NCBI GenBank assembly: GCA_030390025.1 | Contig: CM059449.1 | Span: forward strand, 34,658,001-34,722,000 | Length of the DNA stretch: 64,000 bases | Direction of reading: 5' to 3' | Source: Squalus acanthias | Taxonomy: Eukaryota | Shown here: positions 1 to 12,776 of the stretch, piece by piece | How positions within the stretch are numbered: position 1 is the stretch's first letter | Layout of the letters: every line of letters begins with the position of its first letter | The notes under the pieces: model-generated | What the model saw: the letters and a program-made list of their open reading frames with translations, nothing else | What the model was told of the DNA's origin: nothing | Database searches by the model: none | Program-made: the position numbers and the translations under genes

Positions 1-294
1 AATATATGACTCTCAGCTTGTGGCAACTAATGGCAATGAATCGATCAAAGGTGAAGGCGACTGTTAACCAGATGGAACAATCAATGGCAGCAAGTATCAG
101 GGTGAGATTGAGACTGCAGAGCAGAGTGTAGTTCAGGAATGAATGTGGGAAATAAATCTGCTGAACCTCATACAGAATTACATCAAATATCAGGACCAGT
201 AGATCTGCTGCTGCCATGGCCACCAGGTAACGAGTGATACATGTGGAGAGACCACACTTTCCACGGGAGAGAATTACAATTGTGAATAAATTCG
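1..294 (-). CDS. GPR139/GPR142-like class A GPCR, copy 1, coding exon 2 (partial; continues past window start)
   Basis: Acceptor ttgcag|CG at 295/294; open frame (A)NLFTIVILSRGKCGLSTCITRYLVAMAAADLLVLIFDVILYEVQQIYFPHSFLNYTLLCSLNLTLILAAIDCSIWLTVAFTFDRFIAISCHKLRVIY covers TM1-TM3 with the TM2 Asp and DRF motif; clearly paralogous to ORF 44586..45470. Confidence 0.9.
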
Positions 295-989
295 CTGCAA
301 TAAAAGAGGGAAAATTAAATTAATCATTATAGTCAAAACAAAATGGCCGGCAGGTAATGACAGTTTATCAAATTTCAGCACATATTTTCTACTACTCAAC
401 TCATGCTCTCTCTCTCCGACTCTGTATTTCTATATCTGTCACTGATTCTGACCATCCCTCTGTGTTGCTCACGATCTGTCTTTCTCCTGCCTCTCTCTAT
501 GTCTCAGTTTATTTATGTGTCGCTCTAATCATCTCTCTCTGTCTCTGTCGCTCTTCAGCTGGCATTTTTCTATCAGGGTATCTTAGGCCAGAATGGCTAT
601 GAGGGAGGGTTTAATGTACAGTATTAACCTGAAGTGCGCGCTTAACACCCAGGTCTACTCACTAGCACAGCTTGAGCTGCAAATTGGGACGGGTTTGGGA
701 GAAGGCAAAGGGGTAGAATTCAAATAAAAGGGATCGGAACAATAAAAGGGAGTGTCAGAATAGGGGTCAAGGATTCTGAGATTCTTTGGAGAGTCTCAGA
801 AGGCATCTCAACCCGTTATCCATCTTGGCCAGGGTGAAGGAATAGTGGACAAAGAAACAGGCAACTATGTAAAGAAAGGAAGCCCGAGGTTCAGGCATAA
901 GTTGGCAGACCGCGAGACGTGGCAATAGAGAGAAAACAATAATTCAATGGTTAAAGCACAGTTATCTTTACTGTGTATATTTTACTTGA

Positions 990-1315
990 GTTGCAGGATG
1001 TGGGCATCGCGGGCAATGCCGGCATTTATTGCCCATCCCTAATTGCCCTCAGTGACTTGCTAGACCACTTCAGAGGGCATTTGTTGTGGGACTGGAGTCA
1101 CGTAAAAGCCAGATGGCTCAGGACGGCAAGCTCCTTCTCTAAAGGATATTTGTGAATCAGTTGGCTCTTTATTAATCCTGGTCAATTTATGAATGCTACA
1201 TTTATTTTTATATCCATGTATTTTTTAACATAATTCACATTCTCGATCAGCCATGGTGGGTTTGAACTCACGATTTTTAGAACATTGGTCCATGTCTCTG
1301 GATTCCTAGTCCGGG
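990..1315 (-). mobile_element. tRNA-derived SINE whose 3' tail matches the LINE at 3011-5716
   Basis: 996-1050 is the reverse complement of the LINE tail at about 5645-5700; B-box-like GTTCAAACCC (minus) near 1258-1267; second copy at 19880-22155. Confidence 0.6.
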
Positions 1316-1550
1316 AGCAAAACCAAAGTCCTTTGAAGCAAATGGAAAAATAATCCAGCGAGTTTTCAAACAAGCTGTCAGTTCGCGAGCCCCGGTTTTA
1401 CACCTGGCGAGCAAAGTTCAGTATAAACTCTGTCTCTTTGATTCTTGCTTTTCTGCCTCTTTTGTTTAATCTCTTTTTATATTTCTGACTCTGTCGCTCT
1501 CTATCTTTCTCTCTCTCTCTCTCCCTGCCAGTTTCTTCTTTTTTGACTCT

Positions 1551-1732
1551 GGGTGAATTTTGTCTCGGACGGTAGCGCTAAACTGGCGATAGTGAATTGG
1601 CATCACATTCAGACCGTGCCCGAATTACTTTTCATTTTATTTCAATGGGAAAGAAATTGTGCGCGGAGTAAAACAGGTTCGGATTCGCTATGAGCCGGTC
1701 TCGAGCTGCTGCCGAAGACCTATTCCACCCCC
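1551..1732. mobile_element. Short palindromic non-autonomous DNA transposon (MITE), representative copy
   Basis: gggtgaattttgtctcgg ... ccgaagacctattccacccc inverted ends with a decayed central ccattgacttcaatgg-type palindrome; related copies near 6474, 23541, 26737, 28170, 30800, 32238, 32439, 34049, 34510, 36378, 37237, 38872, 42237, 44216, 56221, 56449, 62590. Confidence 0.6.
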
Positions 1733-1970
1733 AGTACTGCGAGACTGTGGTGAAAGTTGTTAAAATTGTTGGTGCTGAAACTGCAGAGACAATTGTAGCT
1801 TCCCTGGGAATTTCTGTGACGTTATTGAATTAAGGTTTCAGTAGAAGGTCGTGACATTTAATTGATCTCAGTAGAAACAAGCCCGTGAAAACAAACAGAT
1901 CACAGAATCAACTAGAGCAGTGATACAGGTAAACCCCGAGTGACATTGACAACTGATGGTAATGACTTAC

Positions 1971-2040
1971 CAGGAACACCAAACACTGCGAGAATCGGGT
2001 AGTAAACCGCTTCAATCTGGGCAAGGATTGGTCGATCCAT
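1971..2040 (-). CDS. GPR139-like GPCR copy 1, coding exon 1
   Basis: ATG at 2040, MDRPILAQIEAVYYPILAVFGVP+G then donor gtaagt; 70 nt, phase 1, joins exon 2 in frame as ...GVPANLFTIVILS, resembling GPR139 TM1 (VYY..L...GLPANILTVIILS). Confidence 0.9.
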
Positions 2041-2120
2041 CTCTTTGAGTCACACGAAGCCGGTGCTGGAGGCAACAGCTCAGTTTGACAAGAAGATGAA
2101 GCCGCTTCAATCCAATCCTT

Positions 2121-2230
2121 TATTTATATCTCAGAGAAATCTCAAGTGAGACAATTAGGTTACACAATAACTGACATTACTTACGGTCTTTTAAACAAAC
2201 AGATCAGGCAGCTGCTTTTACTACAATGAT
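2121..2230 (-). promoter_or_regulatory. Putative core promoter of GPCR copy 1: TATA box plus conserved motif block
   Basis: TATAAATA (sense) at 2121-2128; block 2134-2222 aligns by hand with 58374-58460 upstream of copy 3, sharing TCAAGTG, CAATTAG and CAGCTG. Confidence 0.6.
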
Positions 2231-3010
2231 TCTTGACTATTAGAAGGGTGGAACTTCTGATCGGAGACACTCTCTGATGAACTTTAACCTATTTGCCCTA
2301 CATTCCTGTGTGCACTAACTTCACAGAGATGATAACTCATTAATACACACAGGACTGTCAAAGTAAATTTGCCTCTTGCTTTTCCTCAAATAACTATAAA
2401 TTTGGCTGACAGCGCTTGCTTTTTACAGATTGATTTTTCTTCTCCTTAACTAGCCCACAACTTTCAGGTTTGGCTCAATGTTACCCTGTTTTCTGGTTCC
2501 AGAAGCTGTCACACGACTAATCTAATCGACCCATGTCCTCCTCTTATATCCTTTCACTCTCTCTATCGCATTCCTTGGTGAAAATTGGGGCTGAATATTA
2601 GTTTCTGTTAAATCTCTAACATTCTTTCTTCCTCTAGAAGATTATTTCCTTGCTCTATAATGAATCCTTCCCTTTATTTAACTATTATTTTGTTTTTTTA
2701 ATCTGTTCCTAAGAACCTTTACTATTTACCTGCCAGTGTTCCTTCAGACTTCTTATTACCAGTTCGAATCTTTTCTTTTCCGGTCTGTTTTTTTTCAGTT
2801 TGATTTCCTTTTACATTCGAAATGTCACTTGCTTTTTTAACTCTCATCTTAATTTTTATTTCAATTCTCATTCTAGGAATTCCAGCTTTTGGTGAGCTAC
2901 CTTTACTTGTGGGAATATGTCTAGGCTGTAGATTAATATTCCGCTGTTTGAATGATGCCCACTGTCTCTGCATTGCCTTATTGTAAAGCTTTCATTCCAC
3001 ATTTTCTGGC

Positions 3011-5716
3011 ATACCATCAAACTCCTCCATCACCATCCCTGGGTATGTCCAGTCCCACCGGCAGGACAGACCCACCAGGGGTGGCGGCCCAGTGGTATAC
3101 AGTCGGGAAGGAGTGACCCTGGGATTCCTCAACATTGACTCCAGACCCAATGAAGTCTCATGGTTTCAGGTCAAGCATGGGCAAGGAAACAGCCTGCTGA
3201 TTTCCACCTACCGCCCTCCCACAGCTGATGAATCAGTACTCCCCCATGCTGAACACCACTTGGAAGAAGCACTGAGAGTAGCAACGGCACAGAATATACT
3301 ATTGGTGGGGACTTCAATGTCCATCACTAAGAGTGGCTCGGTAGCACCACTACTGACCGAGCTGGCAGATTCCTGAAGGATATAGCTGCCAGTCTGGGCC
3401 TGCGACAGGTGGTGAGAGAACCAACACGAGGGAAAAACCTACTTGATCTCGTCCTCACCAATCTACCTGTCGCAGATGCATCTGTCCATGACAGTATTGA
3501 TAGCAGTGACCACCGCACAGTCATTGTGGAGACGAAGTCCCGTCTTCTCACTGTGAACACCCTCCATGTGTGGCACTACCACCGTGATAAATGGGATATA
3601 TTTAGAACAGATCTAGCAGTTCAAAACTGGCCATCCATGAGGTGCTGTGGGCCATCAGCAGCAGCACAAATGTATTCCACCACAATCTGTAACCTCATGG
3701 CCTGGCAAATCTCTCACTCTACCATTACCATCAAGCCAGGGGACCAATCCTGGTTCAATAAGGAATGTAGAAGAGCATGCCAGGAGCAGCACCAGGCGTA
3801 CCTAAAAAGGAGGGGCCAACCTGGGGAAGCTTCAACTAGGACTACAAGCATGTTAAAAAGCGGAAGCAGCATGCTATAGACAGGGCTAAGCGATCCCACA
3901 ATCAACGGATCAGGTTAAAGCTCTGCAGTCCTGCCACATTCAGTCATGAATGGCGGTGGATCATTAAGCAACTAACGGGGGAGGAGGTTCCAAGAATATT
4001 CCCATCCTCAATAATGGTGGAGCCCAGGACGTGAGTGCAAAAGTCAAGTTTGAAGCGTTTGCAACCATCTTCAGCCAGATGTGCCGAGTGGCCGATCCAT
4101 ATCGGCCTACTCCTGAGGTCCCCATCATCACAGAAGCCAGTCTTCAGCTAATTCGATTCACTCCACGTGATATCAAGAAATAACTGAGCGCACTGCATAC
4201 GGCAAAGGCTATGGGCCCCGACAACATCCCGCCTATGGTACTGAACACTTGTGCTCCAGAACTAGCCGAGCCTCTAGCCAAGCTGTTCCAGTACAGCTAC
4301 AACATTGGCATCTATCCGACAATGTGGAAAATGCCCAGGCATGTCCTGTCCACAAAAAGCAGGGCAAACCCAATCCGGCCAATTACCATACGATCAGTCT
4401 ACTTTTAATCATCAGCAAAGTGATGGAAAGTCTCATCGGCAATAACCTGCTCACTGATGCCTTATTCGTTTCCGCCAAGACTTCTCGGCTCCCGACCTCA
4501 TTACAGCCCTGGTCCAAATATGGATAAAGGTGTTGAATTCCAGAGGTGAGGTGAGAGTGACTGCCCTTGACATCAAAGCAGCATTTCTCCGAGTGTGGCA
4601 GGAAGGTGCCCGTGTAAAACTGAAGTCAATGGGATTCGGGGGGAAATCTCTCCATTGGCTAGAGTCATATCTACCACAAAGGAAGATCGTGGTGGAAGGT
4701 CAATCATCACAGCCTCAGGACATCGCTGCAGGAGTTCCGCCGGGCAGTGTCCTAGGCCCAACCATCTTCAGCTGCTTCATCAATTACCTACCCTCCAACA
4801 TAATGTCAGAAATGGAGATGTACGCTGATGACTGCACAGTGTTCAGCACCATTCACAACTCCTCAGATAATGAAGCATTCCATGCCCGCATGCAACAAGA
4901 CCTGGACGACGTTCAAGCTTGGGCTGATATGTGGCAGGTAACATTCGCGCCACAGAAGTGCCAGGCAATGACTATCTCCAACAAGCGAGAGTCGAACCAC
5001 AGCCCCTTGACATTCAATGGCATTACCATCGCCGAATCCTTCACCATCAACATCCTGGGGGTCACCATTGACCAGCAACTTAACTGGACAAGCCACATAA
5101 ATACTGTGACAAGAAGAACAGGTCAGAGGCTAGGTATTCTGCAGCGAGTGTCTCACCTCATGACACCCCAAAGCCTTTCCTCCATCTACAAGGCAAAAGT
5201 AAGAAGTGTGATGGAATACTCTCCACTTGCCTGGATGAGTACAGCTCCACCAACACTCAAGAAGCTCGACACCATCCAGGACAAAGCAGCCCGCTTGATT
5301 GGCACCCCATCCACCACCTTAAACATTCACTGGCGTACCGTGGCTGCAGTGTGTACCATCTACAAGATGCATTGCAGCAACTCGCCAAGACTTCTTCGGC
5401 AGCACCTCCCAAATGCGCCTCCTCTTCCACCTAGCAGGACAAGGGCAGTAGGCACATGGGAAGACCACCAACTCCAAGTTCTGCTCCAAGAAACACACCA
5501 TCTTGACTTAGAAGTATATCGCCGATCCTTTATCGTCGCTGGGTCAAAATCCTGGAAAAACTTCCCTACCTAATAGCACTGTAGGAGTACCTTCACCACG
5601 CGGACTGCAGCGGTTCAAGAAGGCGGCTCACCACCACCTTCTCAAGGGCATTTAGGGATGGGCAACAAATGCTGGCCTTGCCAACGCCGGCCACATCCCG
5701 TAACCGAATAAAAAAA
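3011..5716 (+). mobile_element. Non-LTR retrotransposon (AP endonuclease + reverse transcriptase, CR1/L2 superfamily), 5'-truncated, frameshifted
   Basis: ORF pieces with EN motifs (YRPP, PTRGKNLLDLVLTN, SDH) and RT motifs (LDIKAAF, GVPPGSVLGP, YADD); A-rich 3' end at 5716. Confidence 0.9.
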
Positions 5717-6056
5717 GGTTCACTTTTACTAATTGAAACTAACTTTGCCCAGTTTGTATCTTTATCTTTGACTGTTCTCTCTTCTTTTCAGTTTTAACAT
5801 GGCATTTAACTATATTTTGCTATACTACAGGCACAGCATGAGGTAAATCTACACCAGTATTTCTTGTAATCCTTGAACCGTGATATTTACACCGCCTTCA
5901 CTTCTGTTCTCTTTGCCTCTTTCATCTCTTCTCATTCACTTGTCTTTTTCTTTCCCTTCACCTCTCTTTCACCTCTACCAGCATTTATTTCTCCTTCACT
6001 TCTATCCCTCTGTCTCCCTACTCCCTATTATTCCTCTCTTTCTCGAGTTACAAAGA

Positions 6057-6245
6057 ACGAAAGACTTGCATTTATATATCGCCATTCACGACCTCAGGAC
6101 GTCCCAAAAATCTTTACAGCCAATTAAGTACTTTTGAAGTGTAGTCACTGTTATAATGTAGGAAACACGGCAGCCAATATGCGCACAGCAAGTTCCCACG
6201 AACAGCAATGCGATAATGAACAGACAATCTGTTTTAGTGATGTTT
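6057..6245 (-). mobile_element. SacSINE1/DeuSINE-like SINE 3' fragment
   Basis: aaagacttgcatttatat...cgacctcaggacgtcccaaa...tgtaggaaac.cggcagccaat; near-identical to 40900-41100 and the reverse complement of 63135-63315. Confidence 0.7.
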
Positions 6246-6779
6246 CTGGTATCTAGGCTTAAAAATTAGGACTCAACAGCTGCTATGAAGGAGATCCTCC
6301 CTTCTATTATCGATGTTTACCATAGCTCCAACTTTCCTAGCAGGGTCAGCCTCCTGCAGCCCACCTCTATCACTCTGGAGCTCTGGGGTATTAAGTACTG
6401 GAGCTGGGCTCCCTTTAAAATTATTGTTTTTGTGTGCCATCGGCCCTTGCCCATTTCCTCCTTTGCATACATTCAGGCCGAGAAATTCATCTCAGTTGGT
6501 GGCGCAGAATGGGCGGTAGCGAATCGGCCGCCCGTTATACGCAGCGCCTGACATTCAGTTCCATTGACGTCATTGGACAGCTGGTAACTGAATGGTTGGT
6601 AAAGGTCACTTTGGTTTTTTTTTCTTGCTCTGACAGGGTCCGTGTTTAAATAACTGGTTTGAGATAAAACAGAAACTTTGAGGTTGGTAACTGTTAATAC
6701 TATACTTAATTAGTAACGGTTAATACTATATTAAATTAATAACTGTAATACCATGTTATATTAATTTAAATTAGATACA

Positions 6780-9449
6780 TCTTAGTCTTAAGTTTCTGTA
6801 AAGCTAGTTAATAGCCTATTAAATGGAGGCATGGCAGGGCAGCTCAGTCCCACAGAGTGCACATCCAGTGCCATGTGGGCAATCCAGGACGTTTCCTGTG
6901 TCCTGGACAACCACGTGTGCAGAAGTTGCCGTCAGCTGGAGGAGCTCGAGCTCCGGGTTTCGGACCTTGAACAGCAGCTGGCGTCACTCCGGTGCATCCA
7001 CGAGGCTGAGAACTACTTGGATAGCACATTTCAGGAGGTCGTCATTCCGCAGCTAAGGAGTATTGGGTGACCGCCAGAGCGAAAAGCAGGACCAGGACAG
7101 GTAGTGTAGGAGCCCCCTGAGTGCATCTCGCTCTCCAACCAGTATTCTGTTCAGAGTACTGGTGAGGGCATTGGTTCCTCTGGGTAGTACAGCCAGAGCC
7201 ATGTCCGCGGCACCACGGGTGGCTCAGCTGTACAGAGGGTGTGGAAGAAGAGTGGGAGAGCAATAGTGGCAGGGGACTCGATAGTTAGAGAAGCAGACAG
7301 GCGTTTCTGCGGCCGCAGACGTGACTCTAGGATTTTGTGTTGCCTCCCTGGTGCTAGGGTTAAAATGCCACTGAGCGGCTGCAGAACATTCTGAGGGAGG
7401 AGGATGATCGGCCAGAGCTCGTGGTCCATATTGGTACCAACGACATGGGTAGAAAGAGGGATGAGGTCCAACAGGTTGATTTCAGGAAGCTGGGAAAGAG
7501 ATTAAAAAGCAGGACCTCAAAGGTAGTAATCTCCGGATTACTCCTGGTGCTAGGTGCGAGTGAGTATACACATAGGAGGATAGAGCAGATGAATGTGTGG
7601 CTGGAGAGTTGGTGCATAAGGGAGGGCTTCAGATTCCTGGGGCATTGGGACCGGTTCTGTGGGAGGTGGGACCTGTGCAGGCCAGACGTGTTGCACCTCC
7701 ACATGGCTGGGATCAGCATCCTTGCGGGGAGATTTGCTAGTGCTGTTGGGGGGGTGGGTTAAACTAATTTGGCAGCGAGATGGGCACCGGGATGTAACAT
7801 TAGAAAGCGGAAATAAAGTGAACAAAGGATGGGGAGAGGCAGAGAGCACCGAAGTAAGAAATAGTAAAGTATTAGGGACCAAAAAGGAGAACTACACATG
7901 GAGGCAGAGGGCATGGCTGAGGTACTAATGATTACTTTGCATCTGTCTTTACCAAGGAAGAAGCTGCTGCCATAGACATTGTGAAGGAGGAGGTAGTAGA
8001 GACACTTGATAGGATGAAAATCGATAAAGAAGAGATATTATAAAGGCTGGCTGTACTTAAAGTAGATAAATCGACAGGAGCAGATGGGGTGCATCCTAGG
8101 ATGCTGAAGAAATTCAGGGTGGAATCGCAGAGGTACTGGTCATAATATTCCAATCCTCCATAGATACGGGGGTGGTGCAAGAGGACAGGAGAATTGCAAA
8201 TGTTACACCATTGTTCAAAAAAGGGTGTAAAGTTAAACCCAGCAACGAGAGGCCAGTCAATTTAACCGCGGTAGTGTGGAGGCTTTCAGAAACAGAAATC
8301 AGGGACAAAATCAAATCACTTGTATAGGGGTGGATTAATTAAGGAAAGCCAGCACGGATTTGTTAAAGGCAAATCGTATTTAACCAACTTGATCGAGTTT
8401 TTTGCTAAGGTAACAGAGATGGTTGATGAGGGTAATGTGGTTGACCTAAAGTACATGGATTTCCAAAAGGCGTTCTACAAAATGCAACGAAATAGGCTTG
8501 CCAGCAAAATTGAAGCCCATGGACTGAAAGGGACAGCGGCAGCATGGATAAGAAATTGGCAAAGTGACGGGAAACAGAGAGTAGTGGTGAACGGTTGTTT
8601 ATCGGACTGGTGGAAGGTATACAATGGTGCTCTCCAGGGGTCGATTCTAAGCCCACTGCTTTTCTTGATATATATTAATGACTTGGACGTGGGTGTGCAG
8701 GGCACAATTTCAAAATTTGCATTTGATACAAAACTTGGAAGTACAGTGAACAGTGACGAGGAGAGTGATAGACTTCAGGATGATATAGACAGGCTGGTGG
8801 AGTGGGTGGATATGTGGCAGATGAAAGTTAACGCAGAGAAGTGTGAAGTGATGCATTTTGTTAGAAAGAATGAGAAGAGGACATATAAACTAAATGGTAC
8901 AATCCTAAAGGTGGTGTACAAACAGAGAGACCTGCGGGGCTGTGTGCATAAATCGTTGAAGGTGGCAGGGCAGGTTGAGAAAGCAGTTAAAAAGGCAGAA
9001 AATATACTAGGAATGAGGGACTTCAGTTACGTTGATAGACTGGAGAAGCTGGGGTTGTTCTCCTTGGAGCAGTGAAGTTTAAGAGGAGATTTGATAGAGG
9101 TGTTCAAAATTATGAGGGACCTGGACAGTGTAGATAGAGAGAAACTGTTCCCATTGGCAGAAGGGTCGAGAACCAGAGGACACAGATTTAAGGTGATTGG
9201 CAAAAGAACCAAAGTCGATGGATGAAAGCTTATTTACGCAGCGAGTGGTTAAAATCTGGAATGCACTCCCTGAAAGGGTGGTGGAGGCAGACTCAATTTT
9301 ATCTTTCAAAAGTGAGTTGGATAAGTATCTGAAGGAAACAATGCAGGGCTACGGGGAAAGGGCAGGGGAGTGGGACTAGCTGAGAGTCGGCACGGGCTCG
9401 ACGGGCCGAATGGCCATCTTCCGTGCTGTAACCATTCTATGATACTATG
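6780..9449 (+). mobile_element. CR1 LINE with ORF1 (Cys finger, coiled coil, SGNH esterase) and internally deleted ORF2 (RT)
   Basis: CTSSAMW...VCRSCRQLEELELRV; GDSIVR, VHIGTND, DVLHL esterase blocks; RT QHGFVKGKS, MDFQKAF, QGSILSP; tail ending attctatgatactatga. Confidence 0.9.
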
Positions 9450-9575
9450 ACTGTAATATCAGGCGCTGCAAAAAACGGGCGTTCGATCCGACACCACCCG
9501 TTTTTCGCCGCTGCTCGAGACGAATTTCTAGATTTAGAGTAGAACGCCAGACGCAAAAAACTTCCCGGAAATATG

Positions 9576-12001
9576 TGGAGAACCAAGGGTCTAGAGAGAA
9601 TGAGGAGCTGGAAGAAATTAGTATTAGTAATAAAACTGGACAAATTAAAGTGACTGAAAGCCAATAAATTCCCTGGAACTGATGGCCTACATCCTAGGGT
9701 TTTGAAAGAGGTGGATATAGAGATACTGGATGCATTGGTTGTCATTTTCCAAAACTCCATAGATTCTAGAACGGTTCCCGCAGATTTGTAGGGAGCAAAT
9801 GTAATCCCACTTTTTAAGAGAGGAGGGAGAGAGAAAACGGGGAACTACAACCAGTTAGCCTGATATCAGTAGTGGGGGAAATGCTAGAATCTATTATTAA
9901 GGAAGTGGAAACAGGGCACTTAGAAAATATTGGCCCAGAAATTTGAATCGGAGGCTTGCCGCGGGGGTAAGGATCGTGCGCGATCGTACCTACCGTGCCT
10001 GCCTTTATGTTTCGGGCCCACACGAACTTCTGATCCTGGGCCTCTCCCTGGTGCCGGCGCGCAGTGTGTGCATGTCCCAGAGGCGGAGTTAGTTCGATGC
10101 GACCTCTGGGATCACGTGGGCCATGGAGAGCCAATGGCAGCACACCATCTTTCATTCACAGTTTTTGACAGGAGAACTGTGAAAACTATGAATACAAATT
10201 TCCCCCAAAAGAACAGCTAAACCTCAAATAAATTTAAAAAAACCATCACATTAATAAAATAACTATCGTTAAATAAATTAGCCACTTTAAACAAAAATTT
10301 TAATTTTTGAAAAAATTTAAATTCTTTCTAAAAGTTATAAAAATTAACTTACCTTTCTTTAAAGTCTCTAAAAAAGATAAACCTGTTGAAACATTTATTA
10401 AATAATACTTAATTAACTACTTACCTTGTTAAAAGGGGGTCTTACGCCTCCTTTTTTCATGTGTAAAATCTTCAATACTTACCCTTGCGTTGAAACCTGA
10501 AAAAAAACCTAAGTGTGCTGCGTGCGCACAGCCTGTAGTGCGCACACGGTTCACTTTGAAACCGCCCCCTTAGCAATACCGGAAGTGCTGGTTTCCCGCG
10601 CATGCGCAGTGCATGCAGGAAAGCGGCACTTCGGGACCGAATACGCGAGAGTACACAGTTCGTACTCTCCCGTATTCAGCCGAAGTTTTGGGCCAATAAT
10701 GGGATTGGGCAGAATCAACACGGATTTATGAAAGGGTAATCGTGTTTGACAAATCTGTTAGAGTTTTTTGACGCTGTAAATAGCTGAATAGATAAGATGG
10801 AAACAGTGGATGGGGTGCATTTGGATTTTCAGAAGACTTTCGCTACGGTGCCACACAAGAGGGTGTTAAACAAAATTAAGACTCATGGGAATGGGGGTAA
10901 TATATTTGCATGGATTGAGGATTTGTTAACGGACAGAAAACAGAGAGTAGGAAAAAACAGATCATTTTCGGGTTGGCACGCTGTAACTAGTGGGGTACCG
11001 CAAGGATCAGTGCTTGGGCCTCAGCATTCACAATCTACATCAATGATTTGGATGAGGGGACTATATGTAATATATCCAAGTTTGCTGATGATACAAAGCT
11101 GGGTGGGAATGTAAGTTGTGGGGAGGATGCAAGGAAGTTTCAAGGGAATATAGACAGTCTAAGTGTGTGGGCAAGAACGCGACAAATGGAATATACTGTG
11201 GTGAAATGTGAAGTTATCCACTTCAGTAGGAAAAATAGAAAAGCAGAGTATTTATTAAATGTTGAGAGATTGCAAAATGGTGGGGTTCAGAGGGACCTGG
11301 GTGTCCTTGTACACGAATCACTGAAAGTTAGATTGTAGGTACAGCAAAAAATTAGGAAAGCAAATGGTACGTTGGCCTTTATTACAAAAGGATTTGTTTA
11401 TAAGAATACCGATGTCTTACTGCAGTTATATAGGGCCTTGGTGAGACCACACCTGGAGTATTGTGTACAGTTTTGGACTCCTTAGCTAAGGAAGGATATA
11501 CTTGCCATAGAGGGAGTACAACGAAGGTTCACCAGATTTGTTCCTGGGATGGGGGGATTATCCTATGAGGAGAGATTGAGTAGACTAGGTCTATATTCTC
11601 TGGAGTTTAGAAGAATGAGAGGTGATCTCATTGAAACATATAACATTCTTACAGGGTTTGCCAGGGTAGATGTTTCCCCTGGCTGGAGAGTCTAGACCAA
11701 GGTGTCACAGTCTCAGAATAAGGGTTTGGCCATTTAGGATTGAGTTGAGGAGATATTTCTTCACTCAGAGGGTGGTGAATCTTTGGAATTCTCTACTCCA
11801 GAGGGCTTTTGAGGATCTGTCGTTGAGTATATTCAAGACAGAGATCGATTTATTTTTGAATATTAAGGGAATCAAGGGATACGGGGATAGTGCAGGAAAG
11901 TGGGGATGAGGTAAAAGTTCAGCCATGATCTTATTGAATGGTGGAGCAGGCTCAAAGGGCCAAATGGCTTACTCCTGCTCCTATTTGTTATGTTCGTATG
12001 T
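9576..12001 (+). mobile_element. CR1 LINE ORF2 3' half, interrupted by a MITE
   Basis: RT fragments (LDFQKTF, GVPQGSVLGP, KFADDTK, FFTQRVVNLWNSL); tail ttatgttcgtatgt; LINE sequence resumes after 10694. Confidence 0.9.
9932..10694 (+). mobile_element. ~760-bp non-autonomous DNA transposon (MITE), PIF/Harbinger-like
   Basis: TIRs ggcccagaaattt / aagttttgggcc, flanks att/aat, GC-rich arms and AT-rich core; inserted into a CR1 RT. Confidence 0.75.
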
Positions 12002-12029
12002 AAGGAGTCCACAAACTCTTTGGAAAATA

Positions 12030-12776
12030 AGAGACTAAATGGGGTAGAATAGCAAATGGATCTAGGTGTAAACATTCACAGTTCATTAAATACAGCAACA
12101 CTGGTTAATAAGGCCATACAATCCTAACAAAGCACTGGGGTTAATTTCTTGATAAATACAATTCAAAAGCAGAGAAGTTATGTTAAACCTGTTTTGAACC
12201 TTGCTTAGATCACGCTTAGATTAGTATGCACAGTGCCGGTCTGTATATTATAAAAACAAAGGCTATAGATGCATTGGAAAATGTATTTTTTACAAGGATG
12301 TCACCAGACTGAGAGGTTATAACTATCAGGAAAAAATGAATAGACTGGGGCACTTTACTCCAGAAAAGGGAAGACTGAGGGGTGAGCTGCTAGAGGTCTT
12401 TAAGATTATGAACGGGTTCGATAGAGTAGACTTATAGAAGATGATTCTACTTGTGGGGAATCCAAAACTAGGCGCCACAAATACAAGATAATCACTAATA
12501 CATCGAACAAGGAATTCAGGAGAAAGGTCTTTACTGAGAGAGCGGTGAGAATGTGGAACTCGCTACCACGTGGAGTGGGAGAGGCGAATAGTACAGACGT
12601 ATTAAGGTGAAGCTTGATAAGTACATGAGGGAGAAAGGAATAGAAGGATATGTGGATAGGGTGAGATGAAGCAAATAGAGTGGGGGAGGCTGGTGTGGAG
12701 CATAAACACTGGCAGGGGCCAGATGGGCCGAATGGGCCGATTGGCTTGTTTCTGTGCTGTAAACTCGATGTAATGC
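12030..12776 (+). mobile_element. Old CR1 LINE 3' fragment
   Basis: Decayed C-terminal ORF2 (agcggtgagaatgtggaactcgctacc) and CR1 tail (gggccgaatgg...tttctgtgctgtaa). Confidence 0.7.

Noticed and set aside
357-602. Hydrophobic 81-aa ORF (and similar ones at 5873-6137, 37819-38073, 48552-48746)
   Set aside because: Translations of TC-rich low-complexity intronic or LINE sequence with no splice or homology support
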